Below, in pieces: positions 38,794-49,851 of a stretch of 64,000 nt of DNA. The stretch lies in NCBI GenBank assembly GCA_050950145.1, contig JBMNHB010000001.1, forward strand, positions 53,136 through 117,135, written 5' to 3'. This DNA comes from Candidatus Dojkabacteria bacterium (lineage in GTDB: Bacteria; Patescibacteriota; Dojkabacteria; SC72). The notes under the pieces were generated by a model. That model searched no databases. It was not told where the DNA came from and saw only the letters and a list, made by a program, of their open reading frames with translations. The translations under genes and the position numbers were made by a program. The stretch's first letter is position 1, and the number at the start of each line of letters is the position of its first letter.

Positions 38794-40569
38794 TTACTTC
38801 TTCATTTTTTTAATAATTATTTCCTCAAAATACTTTTTAGGATTAAAGATTTTCCATGAAGTCATCTCTGCTTCTTTATATGGGGTTGAAGTAACTATCT
38901 TCTGTATTACTATTTGTCCAAAAGGTTTTGTGTATATATACCAACCTAATGTTAGTATGAATATACCTGTTGCTATTTGTACGATTATATTGTCAAAGAT
39001 TCCAGTCTCCGGTACTTTGACTGGTTGTTCAGTAGGATGACAGCTTTGTTCAACATTAATAATAGATTGAGTTCTGAGTGTTGATGGATTTGTAGGTACT
39101 TGTGCTGGTTCCATTACAACTTCATTTTGATTCTCTCCCGTAAGTGCATTTTCTCCTGCTTTCGCTTGGAATACTAATGTTAATGATTGTCCAGTACTAA
39201 TAGACCAACCTTTGGTTGTAGACCATATCAATTCGGTGGTTTGTCCAATTATATTTGTTTTAAGATATGTATTACCAGCAATAGATACATTGTTAATCTT
39301 TGATGATCTTGGGACATATACAAAACCTAATGGTAGTTTATTTTTGATAGATAATATACTTTGTGAGTTTGTAGCATTATTTGTAATATTAACAGTAAAT
39401 ATGACAGTATTATTTGGTTCTACTCTCTCTACACATGTCAAATTTGTTGTTGTAGTTATTAAGAAGTTTGATTGTAGAGGTTCTTCCTGTGTTGGTTTTT
39501 GAGTTACTGGTGTTTCTTGTTTGGGAGTCTCAGTTTTCTTAGTTGTATCATCAAAGATAATGTCACTTGAGGCACTTCCTACTAATGTATCTGCCTTAAA
39601 AATTTCTGCTTTAATGTTTAAATTTCCGATATGTCCATCTAATTGTGTAAAGCTAACTCCTTGTGTAAAGTTTTCAGTATTGTACAACTCTTGTTCTATC
39701 ATTGAAAATTCACCTTTATCTGTACTAAAAGTAAATCCTTTTTTCATGTCTATACTTGCAAATTTATCGTTATCAAATGAGAACTTGATACTTATATCAT
39801 CAGTATTAGTAATGTTTGCTATTCTTAAAATAGCTTGAGATATTTTTGTAGTTGTTTCTGTGTTCCTTCTAGATAGTATTAGTCCAGTAACACTTGATTG
39901 TCCCTCCTGTTTTATTTCAAATAGACGTTTACAAAGAGGAGAGTTAATCTCGTCACCAGTTTCCCCATCAGCAGTAGCTACAATATCTATAGAAGTTGTA
40001 GTGAAAGTAGTTAGAACTTTCTTTATAGTTAAACCATCATCGGATATTGTGTCTGGTTCTACAATATTATTATTAATTTTAAATTTAGGGTTAGAGTATT
40101 TTTTATCAAACTTAGCTTCTATTGTTAGTTCTTCATCATTCTCTATATTTCCCGTAACTATCTTGCCATTTTTATCCTTTACAGTCATTTCTGAGCATCT
40201 AGTATCTTGAACGTTTTGTAGTGAACATGAGAGGAATAGTTCTTGTTTAGTAGTACTGTTTATTGTATTCATAGCTAAATCACTTACTAAACATGAACTT
40301 TGACACGGAGTACTTCCTTTTGTAGTGACCTCTTTAAAAAGGAAACCTTTTCTTGGATCTGCACACTCTGTTGTGTGTGCAGGATCTATATAGTAACAGA
40401 TACAGGTTTTATCCTCACTTTCTACTGTCGGTGTGCTACTAGGTTTAATCATGTAAAAGTAGATAGCTATACCTATCAATATTAATCCTAAAATACCAGC
40501 AATTACTAGTAATATATTAACAATCTTGTTTGATTGTTTTTTTGTTGTAACTCTTTGTACCTCTTTCAT
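38794..40569 (-). CDS. Large surface protein with N-terminal TM anchor and VPETG motif followed by a hydrophobic segment
   Basis: N-terminal TM; Thr-rich beta domains; ...QPVKVPETGIFDNIIVQIATGIFILTLGWYIYTKP. Confidence 0.45.
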   Translation of the reverse strand: MKEVQRVTTKKQSNKIVNILLVIAGILGLILIGIAIYFYMIKPSSTPTVESEDKTCICYYIDPAHTTECADPRKGFLFKEVTTKGSTPCQSSCLVSDLAMNTINSTTKQELFLSCSLQNVQDTRCSEMTVKDKNGKIVTGNIENDEELTIEAKFDKKYSNPKFKINNNIVEPDTISDDGLTIKKVLTTFTTTSIDIVATADGETGDEINSPLCKRLFEIKQEGQSSVTGLILSRRNTETTTKISQAILRIANITNTDDISIKFSFDNDKFASIDMKKGFTFSTDKGEFSMIEQELYNTENFTQGVSFTQLDGHIGNLNIKAEIFKADTLVGSASSDIIFDDTTKKTETPKQETPVTQKPTQEEPLQSNFLITTTTNLTCVERVEPNNTVIFTVNITNNATNSQSILSIKNKLPLGFVYVPRSSKINNVSIAGNTYLKTNIIGQTTELIWSTTKGWSISTGQSLTLVFQAKAGENALTGENQNEVVMEPAQVPTNPSTLRTQSIINVEQSCHPTEQPVKVPETGIFDNIIVQIATGIFILTLGWYIYTKPFGQIVIQKIVTSTPYKEAEMTSWKIFNPKKYFEEIIIKKMKK

Positions 40570-40644
40570 ATTTTTGAACAGGCAATAGTTATGAGTATTG
40601 CTTTAATAGAGTTTATGTTAATAAAGTTCTTGTGTCAATAATTT

Positions 40645-41583
40645 TTACAGTATTGAAGAGAGTAGGGTGATTCCTAAATTAGGTTCTATTAATCCTTTTT
40701 TTATTTGATAATCTAAATTAGACATTTTTGTATACAACATCTTTATTTTTTTATCAGAATATTTTTTTGAGGAGTTCATTAGAGATGGTACTGTAAAAGG
40801 AGGTATTTTGAGTGTTTTTGCAATATTACCAGTAGAATTACTTTCTTCTAGTAGATATTTTGTTAGAGTTATTAATCTTAAATTCCTAGTAAGCATGGAG
40901 ATTATATAGTTTGCATCTATATTTTGGGATATAAGTTTTTCAAGTATTTTAGTACTTTCTTCTGTATTCTTTGTATTTATTGCATCTATTAAATTCCATA
41001 TATCTTTTTCTAGTGTATCGGAGATTAGACTTTCTACATCAGTTCTGGTAATCTCATTATCTTTTGTAATTAGTTTTAATTTCTTTAGCTCGTTAGAACA
41101 TCTTTCTGGATCATAGTTTGTTCTTTCAGCTAATAGTCTAGTAGCATTATTCTGTATTTTTAATCCCTGCTCTTTTAATTCCTCCTTTAGCCATGTAAAA
41201 AATGTTCTTTTATCTAATTTTTTGCTTTCTGTAATAGCATCATTTTCTTTGAAAAATTTATAATATTTTGTATTAGCTTTTATCTTTTGGTCTTCCCAGA
41301 AAATGATATAGTCGCTAGAAGAGCTAGTCTTGAGGATTGTTGTTATCTCAGTTAAGAAATCATCTTTGTTCTTGTTTCTATATACTCTTTTAAGAAGAAT
41401 TATTCTTTCTGAGGAGAAAAGGTCTTGTGATGATACAGTATCTAGGATTTGTTGTGGGGTTAATGTATCTGCATTAAGAACTAAGACCTTTAAATTAGTG
41501 TCTGTTTTCTTCCTATCAATATCTTTGTGAGCGGATTGCAATGAAAGGTATTCTGATTGTCCATGATATAGCTTATACTCCAC
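40645..41583 (-). CDS. holA: DNA polymerase III delta subunit-like protein
   Basis: Size and delta-like N-terminal pattern (LVLNADTLTPQQILDTVSSQDLFSSERIILLKRV). Confidence 0.5.
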   Translation of the reverse strand: MEYKLYHGQSEYLSLQSAHKDIDRKKTDTNLKVLVLNADTLTPQQILDTVSSQDLFSSERIILLKRVYRNKNKDDFLTEITTILKTSSSSDYIIFWEDQKIKANTKYYKFFKENDAITESKKLDKRTFFTWLKEELKEQGLKIQNNATRLLAERTNYDPERCSNELKKLKLITKDNEITRTDVESLISDTLEKDIWNLIDAINTKNTEESTKILEKLISQNIDANYIISMLTRNLRLITLTKYLLEESNSTGNIAKTLKIPPFTVPSLMNSSKKYSDKKIKMLYTKMSNLDYQIKKGLIEPNLGITLLSSIL

Positions 41584-43024
41584 TTTGTTCTGTTTGTTCT
41601 AATTGAATTGGTTTACCCATGAGAATAATTACTCCTGCAGGTGCTAATTTTGATTTTATAAATTCAGGCTTTGTATTATTCTCTGTCTTTAAGTATTTTG
41701 AAAATACAGATATTGTTTCAGAGAATTTCTCTTCATTAGAATATACATATACATCTTCTTTATCTCTGAACAAGGTGTATGATTGTGTAATATTGATATA
41801 TGGATATTTCTCCTTCATTTCAGAGATAGTTGTTTTAACTTCTGTTGCTCCTAAACCTATATCATACACAAATATTGTTGGATTTTCGGAGTATAATTTT
41901 GGATTTTTTATAGCTAATTCTATATATTCATGTATTTTTGTGTATTTACCTAATCCTTCAACTGGTCCTAATGCAAATGCTCCATTAGGTGTATTTTTTG
42001 TTTCTACTAATGTTCTATCTCCAGCATATGGTTCTAATACAAAAGAATATGAGTTAGCGTTTGTATCTTTGTATTCTTCTAGTAACAAAAGTGCAGCTTG
42101 AATATCGGTGATTGTGAACTCTGATATTTTTATATTATTAACAAGTGAGGAGAATATTCCCATTATTGCTTTTGGATCCTTTAGAGTTTCACTTTGCATT
42201 ACTTTTTCTTGAATTGCAGCTATTACTTTCTGTTGTCTTCTTGCTCTTGCATAATCAGTTCCTTCATTATTTTGCATTGAGTGTCTAGATCTTGAATATT
42301 CTAGTGCAGTTTCACCATCCATAGTTTGTGGCCCAGCTGTGAATTTTACAGTTTTGTACTTTAATCCGCTTGGATATCTGTAATCTACAAAACTGTTTTC
42401 AACATTAACACTGATACCACCAAGAAGGTCAATAATTTCAACAAATGCCTTAAAATCTACCATTGCATAGTATTGTATCTGTAGGCCCGTTACTTCTTCT
42501 ACTACCTCTGTTAATCTGTTAAATCCCTCTCCTTCTTTTTTAGATTCTGCAGATGCGTATACAGAATTTATTCTGTTATACCAATTTGTTTCAGGTTCTA
42601 TCTCTACATGAAAGTCTCTCGGAACAGAAATCATTACGACATTTTTAGTCTCATGGTTGTATGAGGCAACAATTATAGTATCAGTATTAGAAATATAGTT
42701 GCTTTTTCTACTATCAACACCTATAAGTAGAACATTAGTAAGTTTTCCATCTATATCTTTTTTAAGCTCTGGTTTTTTTGTACTTATTATCTCTCCTGGG
42801 TTAAACTTGAAACCTATATCTTTAGATATTTTTCCTGTTTTCCATAGAAAATATCCACCACCAGCAATAGTTAGTAAAAGAAGAATAAAAATTATTATTT
42901 TCCACCAGACACTTTTCTTTTTAGGTTTTTTATCAATCACTTCCTGTTTAATGACTGTAGTTTTTGACTCTTGAGGAACACTTTTTTCTAAGTCACTATC
43001 ATTTAAATCTAAGTCTAGAACCAT
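41573..43024 (-). CDS. LytR-CpsA-Psr (LCP) family cell-envelope protein
   Basis: N-terminal TM; LCP core (NVLLIGVDSRKS...TDTIIVASYN...ISVPRD). Confidence 0.8.
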   Translation of the reverse strand: MVLDLDLNDSDLEKSVPQESKTTVIKQEVIDKKPKKKSVWWKIIIFILLLLTIAGGGYFLWKTGKISKDIGFKFNPGEIISTKKPELKKDIDGKLTNVLLIGVDSRKSNYISNTDTIIVASYNHETKNVVMISVPRDFHVEIEPETNWYNRINSVYASAESKKEGEGFNRLTEVVEEVTGLQIQYYAMVDFKAFVEIIDLLGGISVNVENSFVDYRYPSGLKYKTVKFTAGPQTMDGETALEYSRSRHSMQNNEGTDYARARRQQKVIAAIQEKVMQSETLKDPKAIMGIFSSLVNNIKISEFTITDIQAALLLLEEYKDTNANSYSFVLEPYAGDRTLVETKNTPNGAFALGPVEGLGKYTKIHEYIELAIKNPKLYSENPTIFVYDIGLGATEVKTTISEMKEKYPYINITQSYTLFRDKEDVYVYSNEEKFSETISVFSKYLKTENNTKPEFIKSKLAPAGVIILMGKPIQLEQTEQSGV

Positions 43025-43037
43025 ATTGGGGGCATGT

Positions 43038-44051
43038 TTATCTTAAATATTTAGCTTTATTACTCTCATGCTGATCATTTGTTACTGCATATCTCGCAAT
43101 ACCTTCTTTGTCATGAATGTAGAAGTAGTAAGGTGATTCTTCTGGGGAAAGAGTTGCATTAATAGCTTGAAGACCTGGATTACATATTGGGGTTGGGGGA
43201 AGTCCTGCTTTCACATAAGTGTTGTATGGATTATCCTCCTTTAAATCCAGGTATGTTATTACATGTTTCCAATCTTTCTTAGGGTATAGCAAGGTGGCAT
43301 CTGCCTGTACCAACCATCCTTCTTTGATTCTTTTAAGTAAAATACCAGCAATTATTGGTCTGTCTGTAGAGTTAAAACCTTCTCTTTCTACAATACTTGC
43401 CATTATTAAATCATCATATGTAATATCTTCTTTAACTTTCTCTTTAAATGTTTCTACTAGTTTTGTGATAACAGTTTCTGTAGTACTATTAGGAGAAAAT
43501 GCATATTTATCAGGGAAAAGAAAACCTTCCAAATCTTTTGTTTCAATTGGTAATTGGAGTTGAGTTATAAATTCAGTGTCTTCTGTTAAGTTGAGGAAAT
43601 CTTCTTTAGAAAATTTAACACTTGGATATTTTGTAAACTCTTTCTCTAAAATACTTGCAATTTCATCTTTCCTCATTCCTTCAGGTATTGTTACCCAAAT
43701 ATCTTGTTCTTTCCCGCTTTGTAAGGTTTGTACCAGTTCTACAATGTTTAAGTTTTGTGGTATATGGTACGTTCCTGCCTGTATTTTCCCACCTAGGTCA
43801 TTAAATTTTAGATATGCTTTTATAAAATATAGATAATCTTTTTTCAAAAGATTTGCATTTATTAAATCATCCAAAATTGTATTAACAGGTGTTCCATCTT
43901 TGATTTCAAAAGAAACAGTTTCTGAACTGTCAGAATTAGGATTTTGTAAAGCTTTATTGTATCCGTTGTATACTAATACGCCAACTAATACGACTATAAC
44001 TGCGAGGATTAGAATGTATTTACCAAAAGAAGACTTTTTATCTTTTTCCAT
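43038..44051 (-). CDS. mltG: Endolytic murein transglycosylase MltG (YceG-like)
   Basis: N-terminal TM, YceG-like body, conserved C-terminal region. Confidence 0.7.
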   Translation of the reverse strand: MEKDKKSSFGKYILILAVIVVLVGVLVYNGYNKALQNPNSDSSETVSFEIKDGTPVNTILDDLINANLLKKDYLYFIKAYLKFNDLGGKIQAGTYHIPQNLNIVELVQTLQSGKEQDIWVTIPEGMRKDEIASILEKEFTKYPSVKFSKEDFLNLTEDTEFITQLQLPIETKDLEGFLFPDKYAFSPNSTTETVITKLVETFKEKVKEDITYDDLIMASIVEREGFNSTDRPIIAGILLKRIKEGWLVQADATLLYPKKDWKHVITYLDLKEDNPYNTYVKAGLPPTPICNPGLQAINATLSPEESPYYFYIHDKEGIARYAVTNDQHESNKAKYLR

Positions 44052-44487
44052 TTTGTCTGTTATTTGAATTTAAAAATTCTTGTAGAAAGACTGTTGCTGC
44101 AATACTATCTATCTTCCTTCTACTTTTTTTAGTAGTTTGTCCTGAAGATATTAGCATATTCTGTGCCCAAGTTGTAGAGAAACTTTCATCGTAAGTAATG
44201 ATGGGGATTTTTGTATGGTCTTTGAGTCTGTTAATAAAAATTTTAATTTTATCAGTGGTCTTTTTATATTGGTCTCTGAATTCTTGAGGCATACCAACTA
44301 ATATTGTTTTTGCTTTTTGTTCTTCTGCTATATCTAAAATATCTTTTATTACATTATTAATACCTCTGTTTTGTGAAATTGAGATTGTATCAAGTGGTTG
44401 AGCTAGTATTCCTTTTGTATCAGAGATAGCTAACCCAAAATGTTTATCTCCGTAATCTATTGCTAGTATAGGGTAGGTTACTTTCAT
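44038..44487 (-). CDS. ruvX: Putative pre-16S rRNA nuclease / Holliday junction resolvase-like YqgF
   Basis: ILAIDYGDKHFGLAISD RNase H-like N-terminus; 149 aa. Confidence 0.8.
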   Translation of the reverse strand: MKVTYPILAIDYGDKHFGLAISDTKGILAQPLDTISISQNRGINNVIKDILDIAEEQKAKTILVGMPQEFRDQYKKTTDKIKIFINRLKDHTKIPIITYDESFSTTWAQNMLISSGQTTKKSRRKIDSIAATVFLQEFLNSNNRQNGKR

Positions 44488-44489
44488 AA

Positions 44490-46277
44490 TTATTCTAATA
44501 TAGCTTTAATTCTTTTAACTCCAGCACCAACATTTTCTTGTTTGATAATTTTGAATTTCCCAAGTTCTTTAATATTATCTACATGTGGACCATTGCAGAT
44601 CTCAACAGAGAAAGGATTATCAACAGGACCGATGTAGTAAACTTTAACTTTGTCTGCATATTTTTCGGAAAAAGCTGCAAAAGGGACTAATTTTAACGCC
44701 TCATCCTTGTCTTTTTCAACAAATGTTACCTCTAATCCTTTTTGAATTTGTTCATTTACGATATCTTCTACTTCTTTTACTTGTTCAGGTGTTAGTTTTG
44801 TTTCATTTGGGAAGTCCATTCTTAATCTTTCAGGAGTAATATTACTTCCTTTCTGATATACATGTTCTCCTAAAACTTTTCTTAAGGCTACAAGGAGTAA
44901 ATGACTTGCTGTGTGGTATTTTATTGACATCTCGGATTTATCAGCAAGTCCTCCTTCAAAGAATCCTTTTGCTGCTGTTCTAGATTTCTCCTGATGTTCT
45001 TTCTCTGTTTCTTGGAAAAGTTCTCTGTTTTCAAGTTTAATATTTTTCTCTTGTAGTATTTCTTCTGTTACTTCAAGAGGTAATCCGTATGTTTCGTAGA
45101 GTAGGAATGCATCTTTACCATCTATTATATTTTTCTTTTGAACCATTTTATCTAATTCTCTTAAACCTCTTTCTAAAGTTCTGTTAAATTTTTCTTCTTC
45201 TGTATCAATTACTGTAAGAATGTTTTCTCTTTCTGTTTCTAATCCTTCCCATATATCTTTAAATTGTTCTATTGCAATATTTGCAACTTCTTTACAGAAA
45301 GAAGTTTCTATACCTAACTTTCTCCCATGCCTGACAGCTCTTCTGATTAATCTTCTTAGTATATATCCCTGTTGTGTTCTTGATGGTGCGACTCCATCCA
45401 TGATTATCCATGTTGCTGCTTTGATATGATCAACTATTATCCTTTGAGATTTAATATCTTCTACTTGTGAGAGTTTCTTAACCTTATCCATTATCGGTTT
45501 GTATATATCTGTGTCGTATACACTATCTACATTTTGGAGTAGGGCGGTTAATCTTTCTAATCCTCCTCCGAAATCTACATTGTGTCTGCCAAGAGGAGTT
45601 GTCTTATCTCCATCCTTTTGATATTCCATGAAAACATTATTACCAATCTCAACATATTTTCCACAATTGCAACTAACATTACATTCCTCTCCACATTTTT
45701 CTTTACCTGTATCATAGAAAATTTCAGAATCAGGTCCACATGGTCCACCAGATTCTAATCCCCACCAGTTTTCTTTTTTACCAAGTGGTTGAATTCTTTC
45801 TCCATCTCCAACTTTTGCATCAATACCATATTTAGAAAATATCTCTTTCCATACTTCTATTGACTCTATGTCTTGAGGAGTATTTTCATCACCTTCAAAA
45901 ACAGATGCGTATATATTGTTAATATCTAAACCTAATTCTTTAGTAAAGAACTCTACTGTCATATTAATAGCTTCTTTCTTGAAGTAGTCATTTAATGACC
46001 AGTTACCAAGCATTATGAAAGCTGTGCAATGATAGTTGTTTCCAACTTCATCTATATCTCCAGTTCTAATACATCTCTGTATATTTACTAATCTTTTACC
46101 TTTAAGATGTTCTTGTCCTTTGAGAAATGGTACTAAAGGGAACATTCCTGCATTTACAAAGAGTACAGAAGGATCATTTTCTGGAACTAGTGGGGCACTT
46201 GGTATTATTGCATGTCCATTTTTTTGAAAAAAATCTAGATATGCTTCATATATTTGTTTGTAAGAGAGATTCTTCAT
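44490..46277 (-). CDS. alaS: Alanine--tRNA ligase, short form without C-Ala domain
   Basis: N-terminal catalytic motifs (FFQKNGHAIIPSAPLVPENDPSVLFVNAGM) and editing-domain HTASHLL motif; 595 aa. Confidence 0.85.
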   Translation of the reverse strand: MKNLSYKQIYEAYLDFFQKNGHAIIPSAPLVPENDPSVLFVNAGMFPLVPFLKGQEHLKGKRLVNIQRCIRTGDIDEVGNNYHCTAFIMLGNWSLNDYFKKEAINMTVEFFTKELGLDINNIYASVFEGDENTPQDIESIEVWKEIFSKYGIDAKVGDGERIQPLGKKENWWGLESGGPCGPDSEIFYDTGKEKCGEECNVSCNCGKYVEIGNNVFMEYQKDGDKTTPLGRHNVDFGGGLERLTALLQNVDSVYDTDIYKPIMDKVKKLSQVEDIKSQRIIVDHIKAATWIIMDGVAPSRTQQGYILRRLIRRAVRHGRKLGIETSFCKEVANIAIEQFKDIWEGLETERENILTVIDTEEEKFNRTLERGLRELDKMVQKKNIIDGKDAFLLYETYGLPLEVTEEILQEKNIKLENRELFQETEKEHQEKSRTAAKGFFEGGLADKSEMSIKYHTASHLLLVALRKVLGEHVYQKGSNITPERLRMDFPNETKLTPEQVKEVEDIVNEQIQKGLEVTFVEKDKDEALKLVPFAAFSEKYADKVKVYYIGPVDNPFSVEICNGPHVDNIKELGKFKIIKQENVGAGVKRIKAILE

Positions 46278-46298
46278 AATGGGTAATTATACCAAGTT

Positions 46299-48437
46299 CT
46301 AGTTTGTTTCACTATCAGAGGATGTTTGTTCTTTTATCTGATCTGCTATTGATTGGAATATGGATGGATCTGGAGCTTCTGGTTCTTCTATTACTGTTTG
46401 ATCATGGTTTTGGGTTTCTGTGGTTCCAAATGCGACACCTTCTTCTGTTTTGACTTCTTCAATGACTGGTTGTTCTGTTCGTACTGTTGTTTCTTCTTTT
46501 ACTTTAACTTCAGGCTTGGATGCTTCTGGTTCAAATTTAATATCTTCTTTTTCTTCTTCTTGTTTTATGATTGGTTCTTCAACTTTAATAACAGGTTCTT
46601 CTACTTTTACTTCTCTCTCAATTTTAATTTCTGGTTTTACCTCTACATCTTCTTTAATAACATCAATTGTTGGTGCTGCATATGTCTCAATTTCTTTTTC
46701 TTTACTTACTACTGGTGTTGTATCAACCTTATCTTTTATATTTATATCCACATTAGGTGGAATATATGTCTGATTCTCATACTCTGTTGAATATGGAATA
46801 TTTCTATTAGTGTATGTAGAAACAACATCTTTACTTTTTCCTTTTCCCCATATGAGTGATATGAGTAGTGGAATACAGATTGCTAGTATTATTATGAAAA
46901 GCCCCATTCCAATTATTAGTAATGTCCTCTTACTTATCTCTTTACCAAAGATGGTATATACCTCTGAATAATCATCTGCACTTTCATTAATTGTAAATTC
47001 CCAAGATTTACTACTCTCTTTATTATTTGTATCAGAAAAAGTTATCTCTGCTTTATGAACTCCATCTTTTAAATCTTTTGTTGGTTGGTATATCAGGGTA
47101 TATTCTCGGTCTGTTATCTTGTTTATCTTTACATCCTCAGTAACATTCTCATCATTAACTTTAAATACGATTGAAGTTTCATTTATTTTTGCACCCTCAC
47201 TTGCAATAATGGTACCTTTGATAGTTACTCTCCTGTTTGAAATCTCTTCTGAAGAGGTAGGGGACATATTTGTAATTTGTGGTTCTGGAAGTATTATCTC
47301 ATCATCTGTCACAGGATCTCTATCTGATAATCTTGATATAACTATTTCAGGGGAGATACCAACACCTGATTTTGGTTGATCTTGGTTATCTGTTGCTTTA
47401 ACAACCAGTTTATATGTTCCAGAAGAGAGTCCTTCTGTTGGTACAGTTGTTTTTACGACATTATATGCTAAATCAGCACCAATTTTTTTCCATGTACTTT
47501 CATCTGATGGATTCTTTGCCATAAATAATTGGAATCTTTCAATATGATTTAAGTCTGAAACAGTCCAAGAAGCATCAAAATTTTTACCTGCATCTATCCT
47601 AATTGGTTGAAGAGGGTCTATTATTTTAACAATTGGAATATCATTCTCACTTGGACTAACACTTATCACCCAAGATTGAGTCCTCACATGCATACTATAC
47701 CCATCATGTATTACTACATGTGCTAAGTAACTTGCTGCTTTATCAGTTGTACCCCTAAATACCACTGTTAATCTTCCACTAGAACCATCTTCTACAATAA
47801 CTGCTTTTAGCCAATCTGCTCTTGGAGTGAATGAGTAGAAGTAGTTAATTCTATCTTTATCTTCATCCTCTGCAGTCAGAGTATATTCGTATTGTATTCC
47901 CGTTTTAATATCTTGTCCTGGTTTAGAAGATTTTGGTTGGGATGTGAATTCTGGAGAGGAGTTGTTAACAATTGCTCTAATTCCTCTAATATCGTAAGGA
48001 CTACTAATTTTACAAGCAGCACTAGAATCTCCAGTTAAATCTATAGAACCGAGAATATCTATAGTTCCTGATTTCTCAGGAGTATAGATGAAGCTAGTTC
48101 CAATTTGTAATGGGGCATTAGGAAAATCTTCTTTATATATTTCTTTTCCACTAGGATCCATTATATTGAGTTTCCTAATTCCCGAACTTGTAAGTTTTGC
48201 GTCTACTTGTATCCTAATACTTTTTCCTACTTCCAGAGAGTAAGGGTTTACATTTGGCAAGGAAATGATACATGGATTTTGGTCACTGAGTTCTATCCTA
48301 TCAAACGCTTTGCTCCTAGTATCAAGAGTCCTTTCTAGAAGAGTGTAAGCTACTAAAGGAAGAGCAAGAAAGAAAAGTAAACTTACGATGAGGAGAAGAC
48401 TTTTTTTAGATTTTTTTGTACTGTATCTCTTAGGCAT
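46299..48437 (-). CDS. Large surface protein with Ig-like repeats, TM helix and E/K/V-rich repetitive tail
   Basis: Signal/TM at N-terminus, He_PIG-like segments, TM (LLIIGMGLFIIILAICIPLL), KVEEPVIKVEEPIIK repeats. Confidence 0.45.
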   Translation of the reverse strand: MPKRYSTKKSKKSLLLIVSLLFFLALPLVAYTLLERTLDTRSKAFDRIELSDQNPCIISLPNVNPYSLEVGKSIRIQVDAKLTSSGIRKLNIMDPSGKEIYKEDFPNAPLQIGTSFIYTPEKSGTIDILGSIDLTGDSSAACKISSPYDIRGIRAIVNNSSPEFTSQPKSSKPGQDIKTGIQYEYTLTAEDEDKDRINYFYSFTPRADWLKAVIVEDGSSGRLTVVFRGTTDKAASYLAHVVIHDGYSMHVRTQSWVISVSPSENDIPIVKIIDPLQPIRIDAGKNFDASWTVSDLNHIERFQLFMAKNPSDESTWKKIGADLAYNVVKTTVPTEGLSSGTYKLVVKATDNQDQPKSGVGISPEIVISRLSDRDPVTDDEIILPEPQITNMSPTSSEEISNRRVTIKGTIIASEGAKINETSIVFKVNDENVTEDVKINKITDREYTLIYQPTKDLKDGVHKAEITFSDTNNKESSKSWEFTINESADDYSEVYTIFGKEISKRTLLIIGMGLFIIILAICIPLLISLIWGKGKSKDVVSTYTNRNIPYSTEYENQTYIPPNVDINIKDKVDTTPVVSKEKEIETYAAPTIDVIKEDVEVKPEIKIEREVKVEEPVIKVEEPIIKQEEEKEDIKFEPEASKPEVKVKEETTVRTEQPVIEEVKTEEGVAFGTTETQNHDQTVIEEPEAPDPSIFQSIADQIKEQTSSDSETN

Positions 48438-48454
48438 TATTTATATAATACTGT

Positions 48455-49831
48455 TTATTGGTTTGTTTGTGCAAGTCTATTATTTATTGTATTCTCAGTT
48501 TCTCTTAATACTGAATTTACATCTTTTCCACTTTCTACTATTCTAGTGATTGCTTCTTCTATTGAAGATCTAACAAAACTCTCATCACCTAATTGCCAAG
48601 ACCGCATATATGGAGCCATTTTCGCTATTGCATCAACATATGCTTTTCCTTTCATCTCTTCATTCAATTCTACAAGAGAATATGGTTCTCCAAATGCTCT
48701 ATCTCCAGTTGTTGAAGAACTAGAGTATAGTTTTAATTGTTGTTCTTTCTCTGCTAAGAATTTTACGAACCTCCATGCTAATTCTGTGTTTGGAGACTTC
48801 TTGTTTACAGCTTCTGCCCAATATGTTGAGTAATATATCTGATTCTTGTTTGCTTGAAGCTGTGGTAATGGGGAAGTACCAAATTCTATTGATGAAGATG
48901 ATTGTATGATATCAAAAGCTTTCCAACTTGGTGCGATCATCATTGCCAATTTCCCAGAGTAGAACATATTAAGATCATTGTTAAGAGAAGGAGACCAGAC
49001 AGCGTTATTTCCTGTGGCAAAATCAACATATGTTTGAAAAACTCCTGCAGTTTTAGAATTATTTAATGATATTTTTGTCCTAGTGCTATCCATTAAATCA
49101 ACCCCCTCTTGTAGAAGTAAGAAGAGAATAATTTCAGATGAATGTTGAATATTTCTTGCACTTCCCAGGGCTAGTCCTGATTGAATAATCCTTCCACTTG
49201 AATCTTTCTTTGTTAGTTTTCTTGCTAAGGATATAAAGGAATCCCAATCCTCTGGAGGAGTCTGGACATTTTGTTCTGCCAACAATTGTTTGTTATAAAA
49301 GACCATAAGTCCATCTATTTCTATTGGAACTGCATATATAGATACTCCATCTTTACCTGTAAAATCAGAAAGTGCTGTTGGATAGAATTTTTGAGAATAT
49401 TCATCTCTTGTCATTACACTTGTAGGCATAGTTGAAAGTAGTGATGCATATTTGGGTAACCATGTGTTATGTATTCTAAAAACGTCTGGTGCTGGTTCAG
49501 ATGTTGTTGCCCCTTGTTGAAGTCTGGTATGTAGTCTGGATTCATATTGTGTAAACGGTTGTTTTGAATACTTGATTGTAGTTCCTGGGTTTTTTTGCTC
49601 AAATTCTTCTATCAATGGTCTCATTACTTCGGGAGCTTCCCATAGTCCCCAGTATACAATTTCTCCAGATACTCTGGTTTGGGTTGTTCCACCTCCACTT
49701 GGGGATACAGTAGTTTTTTTCTTACCAAAAAATAATATGAGGAAAGCAATCAGAATTACTAGAATGAGAACTACTGCTGCAATTATAAGGGGTAGTTTCT
49801 TTTTATCTTGAAGTGTGTTTTGTATATCCAT
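48455..49831 (-). CDS. ABC transporter extracellular solute-binding protein (family 1), membrane-anchored
   Basis: N-terminal TM; SBP_bac_1-like pattern (IVYWGLWEAPEV...). Confidence 0.65.
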   Translation of the reverse strand: MDIQNTLQDKKKLPLIIAAVVLILVILIAFLILFFGKKKTTVSPSGGGTTQTRVSGEIVYWGLWEAPEVMRPLIEEFEQKNPGTTIKYSKQPFTQYESRLHTRLQQGATTSEPAPDVFRIHNTWLPKYASLLSTMPTSVMTRDEYSQKFYPTALSDFTGKDGVSIYAVPIEIDGLMVFYNKQLLAEQNVQTPPEDWDSFISLARKLTKKDSSGRIIQSGLALGSARNIQHSSEIILFLLLQEGVDLMDSTRTKISLNNSKTAGVFQTYVDFATGNNAVWSPSLNNDLNMFYSGKLAMMIAPSWKAFDIIQSSSSIEFGTSPLPQLQANKNQIYYSTYWAEAVNKKSPNTELAWRFVKFLAEKEQQLKLYSSSSTTGDRAFGEPYSLVELNEEMKGKAYVDAIAKMAPYMRSWQLGDESFVRSSIEEAITRIVESGKDVNSVLRETENTINNRLAQTNQ

Positions 49832-49851
49832 ATCTTTGATTAAGTATAAAA

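Noticed and set aside
46353-46790. Two overlapping plus-strand ORFs (145 and 117 aa) with bizarre F/C/W-rich composition
   Set aside because: Antisense and alternate-frame readings of the repetitive K/E/V-rich tail of the 712-aa surface protein gene.
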